Below, piece by piece: positions 59,415-64,000 of a stretch of DNA of 64,000 nucleotides. Source of the DNA: a bacterium. Its GTDB lineage: Bacteria; UBA10199; 2-02-FULL-44-16; JAAZCA01. Where the stretch lies: NCBI GenBank assembly GCA_963674695.2, contig CAXXGI010000002.1, forward strand, positions 704,001 to 768,000, in the 5' to 3' direction. Position 1 is the stretch's first letter, and the number at the start of each line of letters is the position of its first letter. The notes under the pieces were generated by a model. The model searched no databases, was not told where the DNA came from, and saw only the letters and a list, made by a program, of their open reading frames with translations. Both the position numbers and the translations under genes were made by a program.

Positions 59415-60845
59415 CTACTTCGACAGCGTCTGCTGAATGGCGAGTGCCCTTTCGTTCTGCGGGTCGAGTGTCAAGGCGCGGCGGAGCGTTTCTCGGGCCA
59501 GGTCTGTTTTTTTCATCCCCCGATAAGCTTCGGCGAGATTGACGAGGGCATCGACATCGTCCGGATGGCGCACGAGGTGTTCCTTAAAATCCGTTTCCGC
59601 TTCCGGATAGCGCTTGAGGCCGAGGAGGGCTTCGGCTCGAATCGAACGGATGTCGTCGCCGTTGTCCCCTGTTATCAATGTTCTATCGAAATCATCGAGG
59701 GCAGCGGCATAATGGCCCCGCTCCAGCCGGATGGCCCCGCGAGCTTTGAAGAAGATGAGGTCATTTGTTCCGCTGTCGATGATGAGGTTTATCTGGGTCT
59801 CCGCATCGGCGAATTCCTCCAGGGCGGCGTGTGCCAGGGAGAGGGCAAAGCGGAGCCAGATGTCGTCAGGGGAGAGGGCGACAGCCCGCAGGAAATCCTC
59901 TTTGGCGCCGACATGATCTTCGATTCGGGAACGCTTATTCGCGCGAAAGGCGAGGGCTAGTCTGTTGCGCGGGTCGAGCGCAATGACGTCTCCGAATGTG
60001 GCGATGGCCTCGGCATGTTTCCCCCGGCCGGCGAAGACGCGGCCCAGTTCAAAATGCGCAGCGACGTTCTTCGAATCGAGCGCGACGGCTTTTTGCAGCA
60101 GTGCCGCGCCTTTATCGAGATCGCCTCGGTTGAGCATTGCTTTTGCGGCATGGAACATCAGAGTCGACCGAAGACGGTCGCCTGTAAGCGGTGCAAGGTA
60201 GACGCCGCCCTCGACGGATTCGGGTGCGAGATCGAATTCGTCGATGAGCGTTTTCGGTGCATCCGCATATATTTCTCGACCGGAAATGACGAAACCCGGG
60301 CGTCCTTCTCCCTTCCACCGCAGGAGCAAGTTGGAACGCTCGGCGATGATCTCCACAGGCCAGTTCAACTCGTGCCCGACGGCGATGAGCGCCAGCGTTG
60401 CCGTCTGATCGGAACAGGCGTCGTTGGCCAGATCTTCGGAAAAGAAATGGGTATGGAAGCTCCCGTCGATGCGCTTCGATTGCAGCTGATCGATGATCTC
60501 CAGAATGGCTTTCTGCGGAGTTGTTGGAGGACTGGAATGCGCTTCGCGCATTCGCGCGATGATCGCGCGCAGCTTCATTTCGGCATCGGCGGTCAGGTCG
60601 TTGGGGATGGCCGTTGATTCCAGTTGTAACAGTTCGAGGATCGGGTTGCTCAGAGAGAGCGGGGCTGTTCGGAGCAGCATCGTCTTCGGCGTGATGTCGG
60701 ACGTAAGGGGAACGGCATTCGGCGCGTGCGCAAAATTCGAACTCGTCGGTCTCTTCGCGTCATCCGCGGTTTTATGGATGGCGCGCTCGGTGTTCTTCCG
60801 CGGCGAGGTGCCCGCGGGCGGGCGGCGGTCGATAGGTTGTGTCAT
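59415..60845 (-). CDS. TPR protein with SirB1/transglutaminase-core-like N-terminal domain
   Basis: Multiple TPR repeats. GVYLAPLT linker typical of SirB1-TPR proteins. Confidence 0.75.
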   Translation of the reverse strand: MTQPIDRRPPAGTSPRKNTERAIHKTADDAKRPTSSNFAHAPNAVPLTSDITPKTMLLRTAPLSLSNPILELLQLESTAIPNDLTADAEMKLRAIIARMREAHSSPPTTPQKAILEIIDQLQSKRIDGSFHTHFFSEDLANDACSDQTATLALIAVGHELNWPVEIIAERSNLLLRWKGEGRPGFVISGREIYADAPKTLIDEFDLAPESVEGGVYLAPLTGDRLRSTLMFHAAKAMLNRGDLDKGAALLQKAVALDSKNVAAHFELGRVFAGRGKHAEAIATFGDVIALDPRNRLALAFRANKRSRIEDHVGAKEDFLRAVALSPDDIWLRFALSLAHAALEEFADAETQINLIIDSGTNDLIFFKARGAIRLERGHYAAALDDFDRTLITGDNGDDIRSIRAEALLGLKRYPEAETDFKEHLVRHPDDVDALVNLAEAYRGMKKTDLARETLRRALTLDPQNERALAIQQTLSK

Positions 60846-60911
60846 CGCAGGTTAGACTCCCTGATCGGTGAAGACGGTCCCTCTTTACGGGCAGTCACAC
60901 GCTGCTTGTGT

Positions 60912-62105
60912 TCAGCGGGCGCCGATCGCCCTTGCGGCCTGCGCGTTCAGCTGAAATTCGATTCCCGCCGACGAAACCGCCCCGGTGGGTTGAAACGAGG
61001 TACCCCCATCCACCGGATCGGCCGGGTTCCGAAAGAGTAGGAAGTATTCGAAATGGGTGATGTTCGGCCCACTGCTGTCGGTTCGTTCATCGTCTTCGTT
61101 CGCGCCCGGGTTGACGACCTTTCCCGCCGCATGCCGGCCCCCATCGACCGTGCGGTCAGCCAGGATCGCCAGATACGCATCGAGCGTCATGGTCTCAGCC
61201 GCGACAGCGATGATCACTTTTCCCGTGTGTCGATTGACCACACCTCCACCGGCGAGCGTGACCACGCCGGCGATCTTGGGCGGGTTGCCGCCGGCAAAAT
61301 AGCGATCGTCGACATAGTCGGGATTGACCGTGCTGGTCCCGTCGTCATCCTCGTTATTTTTCTCTTCTTCGATGCGCTCGAGGTAGTCGTCATACTCTCC
61401 TTTTGCTACCTTCGCTTTGTCTCTATGTTTTTGCGCTGCATCTCTATATTCTTGTGCTTGAGCTGCATCCTTAGTCCCTTTGGCAGCAGCATCATAGGCA
61501 TCGGCGCGGTCTCTGTTGTTAAAATATCTACCAAGGGCGGCTTGGCTCCATCGTTGATACAATTGCAGGAGAGTGGCCCTTCCTCCCGCACCGTGACGGA
61601 AGCTCATCGCCCCTCCGGCCTCCCTTCTCATCTGATCGCGGGCGTTTAATCCCCCGCTCTGCCAGCGATTGAGCTGGCGCTGCGCGTTGAGGTTGCGTTC
61701 GGCTTCAAGGCGACGATCCACCCCCAAGCGCTGTGACCAATCCAAAGACCATTGGCGTTGCGTGCTTAAGGGGATCTCCTGGCGCAGGCCGCCGCGGCCG
61801 ATCGACGGCGTGACCCGCCCGCTCGCCTCAGACGGCGATGTGGAGGCCAAAACCGCCAGCGGTTTGTCGTCGATATCGAAGAAGACGACGGCATCGGAGT
61901 CGGGCTGCACCTCGCAGGGCAGCGTGATCGTCTGGCGCCGTTGCCCATCGACGACGAGCGTGTAGGTCTCGTTGACGCAGAGAAACTTCGACCATGCCGA
62001 GATCGAACTCGGTGCCGGCGCGGAGGCGGCCTGAGCCATCGCGGCGGTCAATACGATGACAATCACTCCGGTGCACAATGTTATGGAACGGATCGTGGTC
62101 TTCAT
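60912..62105 (-). CDS. Secreted hypothetical protein
   Basis: Signal peptide MKTTIR...AAMAQA, central charged helical region. Confidence 0.65.
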   Translation of the reverse strand: MKTTIRSITLCTGVIVIVLTAAMAQAASAPAPSSISAWSKFLCVNETYTLVVDGQRRQTITLPCEVQPDSDAVVFFDIDDKPLAVLASTSPSEASGRVTPSIGRGGLRQEIPLSTQRQWSLDWSQRLGVDRRLEAERNLNAQRQLNRWQSGGLNARDQMRREAGGAMSFRHGAGGRATLLQLYQRWSQAALGRYFNNRDRADAYDAAAKGTKDAAQAQEYRDAAQKHRDKAKVAKGEYDDYLERIEEEKNNEDDDGTSTVNPDYVDDRYFAGGNPPKIAGVVTLAGGGVVNRHTGKVIIAVAAETMTLDAYLAILADRTVDGGRHAAGKVVNPGANEDDERTDSSGPNITHFEYFLLFRNPADPVDGGTSFQPTGAVSSAGIEFQLNAQAARAIGAR

Positions 62106-62461
62106 GGTTTCCTCCACGTGTGTGATACGGATGACATCCAGTCCGGCTTCTCACCACCCCTATATTATAGCAAGTATTGGGCCATATTCCTGTCTGTTGA
62201 TCGATCAATAGGGGGGAGCGATGAAATGCGCGGTGGTCGTCAAGATGGGCCCCCTGTGTTCCACGGTTGAATCCTATTCTAACAGGGTTTTCGGTTGGGT
62301 GCAGGGGCGCAGTTGTTCTCGGGGCCGAACGAGTGAAGACAAATGTCTACACGGGGCGGCAGCGTTATAATGCGTGTAATAACGATAGGTTGGGAAGCAT
62401 TCACCTGGAGGTCTGGTCGGATGCCCGTGATAATGATAGGGTCGCTTCGATCGGAGGGACG

Positions 62462-63841
62462 ATGCACAAGACCGTTATCGGCAACGCGACCATTTCGACG
62501 GGCTCGGGCGATGAGACCCGCCGCGTGCACCTGGCGATCGACGACGGGCGCATCGCCGAGATCCTCGATGCCGATGGGCCCGCACCGCAGGCCGACGAAT
62601 GCATTGATGCCGACGGTCTTCTCGTCCTGCCGGGTGCGATCGATTCACACGTCCATTTCGATACCCCCGGTTATACCGAGCGCGAGGACTTCACCTCCGC
62701 CTCCATGAACGCCGCCGCGGGCGGCGTGACCACCGTCATCGACATGCCCGATACCTGCGTGCCACCGGTGACGACGCTGGCGAACTTCGAGCGCAAGCTC
62801 TCGGCGCTCGCCCCGCTCTCCGTCATCGACTTTGCCCTCTGGGGCGGCATCTCCGGGAACAGTATTTGTGAAGAGTGGTGGCACGACGAGACCGCACATC
62901 TCTGGCGCGCGGGGGTCGTCGGCTTCAAGATCTATCTCATCTCGTCGATGGAGAGTTTTCGCGCGCTCTCCTTCATCGAGACGGGGCAGGCCTTGGCGCA
63001 TGCGGCAAAGATCGGCGCGCTCGTCGGCGTGCATGCCGAGGATCGCGACCTGATCGAAGAGCGCACGTCGAAACTGATGGCTGAGGGGAATGATTCATGT
63101 GAGGCCTATTACGCATCGCGCGCCGACCCGGCCGAGGAGCGGGGGGTGGCGGCAGCCGTGCGCTTGGGGCTCACGACCCACGCGCGCATGCACATCGTGC
63201 ACGTGGCCGGACGTCTCGCCGCCGCACAGGTGATGGCGGCGCGAAAGGCCGGCCTCGATATCACGATGGAGACCTGCCCGCACTATCTCGCCTTTACGCA
63301 CGAGGATTTCACGCAGTACGGCTCCGTGCTCAAGTGCGCGCCGGTCGTGAAGACTGCCGAGGATCGCGACGCCCTCTGGCATCTGCTCGCCGACGGCGCG
63401 ATCGATTTTGTCGCCACCGACCACGCGCCGTGTCCGCCGGCCGAGAAAGAAACCGGGAGCATCTGGACCGACTACAGCGGACTCCCCGGTGTTGCCTGGC
63501 GCGTGCCGTATCTCTTCTCCGATGGATACAAACAGGGGCGGCTCACCCTCGCGCGCGTGATCGAGGTGACCTCCGCTGCAGCAGCAAAACGCTTCGGACT
63601 CGCGCCGCGCAAAGGCGCGATCGCCGTGGGGGCCGATGCGGATCTCGCCTTCATCGATCCGAAGGCGACCTGGACGGTCACGGGTGAATCGTTCGGCAAT
63701 CGCGGGCACCTCACGCCGTTTGCGGGACGGACATTCACCGGAAAGGTTGTGCGGACGATCTGCCGCGGAACGACGATCTTTCATGATGATCGGATTGCGG
63801 TCCAACCGGGATTCGGACAATTCATTCGGCGGGCAGTGTGA
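62462..63841 (+). CDS. allB: Allantoinase/dihydroorotase-family cyclic amidohydrolase
   Basis: PGAIDSHVHF, AAAGGVTTVIDMP, GFKIYL, HAED, ETCPHYL, ATDHAP. Confidence 0.75.
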   Translation: MHKTVIGNATISTGSGDETRRVHLAIDDGRIAEILDADGPAPQADECIDADGLLVLPGAIDSHVHFDTPGYTEREDFTSASMNAAAGGVTTVIDMPDTCVPPVTTLANFERKLSALAPLSVIDFALWGGISGNSICEEWWHDETAHLWRAGVVGFKIYLISSMESFRALSFIETGQALAHAAKIGALVGVHAEDRDLIEERTSKLMAEGNDSCEAYYASRADPAEERGVAAAVRLGLTTHARMHIVHVAGRLAAAQVMAARKAGLDITMETCPHYLAFTHEDFTQYGSVLKCAPVVKTAEDRDALWHLLADGAIDFVATDHAPCPPAEKETGSIWTDYSGLPGVAWRVPYLFSDGYKQGRLTLARVIEVTSAAAAKRFGLAPRKGAIAVGADADLAFIDPKATWTVTGESFGNRGHLTPFAGRTFTGKVVRTICRGTTIFHDDRIAVQPGFGQFIRRAV

Positions 63842-63951
63842 ATGAGGAAGAAGCATATGAGCTTGGGATCCTGGGAACCGGGGGGCCTGAGAATCTGAAC
63901 ACCGATCCAGGCTCCCAGGCACTCGGGATCACAGGATCAAGGAGATCATCT

Positions 63952-64000
63952 ATGGCATCGAATGCAGCGAAAATAATGGAGCTCGCGAAGAAGGAAGAGG
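63952..64000 (+). CDS. Partial CDS running off the window
   Basis: RBS AAGGAG, then MASNAAKIMELAKKEE. Too short to assign. Confidence 0.5.
   Translation, partial: MASNAAKIMELAKKEE

Overview
GC-rich bacterial chromosome segment. Gene content (tig-clpP-clpX-lon, Bacillus-type sdhCAB, sigma54 EBP, many orphan genes) suggests a deltaproteobacteria-like lineage; this is inference. The main feature is a diversity-generating retroelement (DGR) at about 1789-4345, next to an IS1380 element. It has an FGE-sulfatase/CLec-fold target whose 3' variable repeat (VR, 2552-2676) differs from a template repeat (TR, 4161-4285) at 20 positions, all TR adenines, followed by a perfect 16-bp hairpin. The DGR machinery is altered in two ways: a DUF559 endonuclease gene between inverted REP-like hairpins replaces the 3' part of avd and the 5' part of the RT gene, and a perfect (CATC)15 microsatellite inside the RT gene puts the catalytic half out of frame (a candidate phase-variable switch). 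Other contents: a PhnD-HAMP-AAA+ one-component regulator facing a sigma54 promoter, a heptose-biosynthesis/GT-C glycosylation locus with pseudogene remnants, tRNA-Leu-tig-clpPX-lon, a HEPN/MNT toxin-antitoxin pair, pckA plus an sdhCAB paralog lacking catalytic residues, two orphan HATPase proteins with similar C-terminal tails, and an ssnA/PLP enzyme/allantoinase-like cluster. A recurrent CGCAAC-N14-17-NNCGA(T/C) promoter-like motif precedes the DGR target and several orphan genes. All calls come from reading the sequence and ORF track; no database searches were run.
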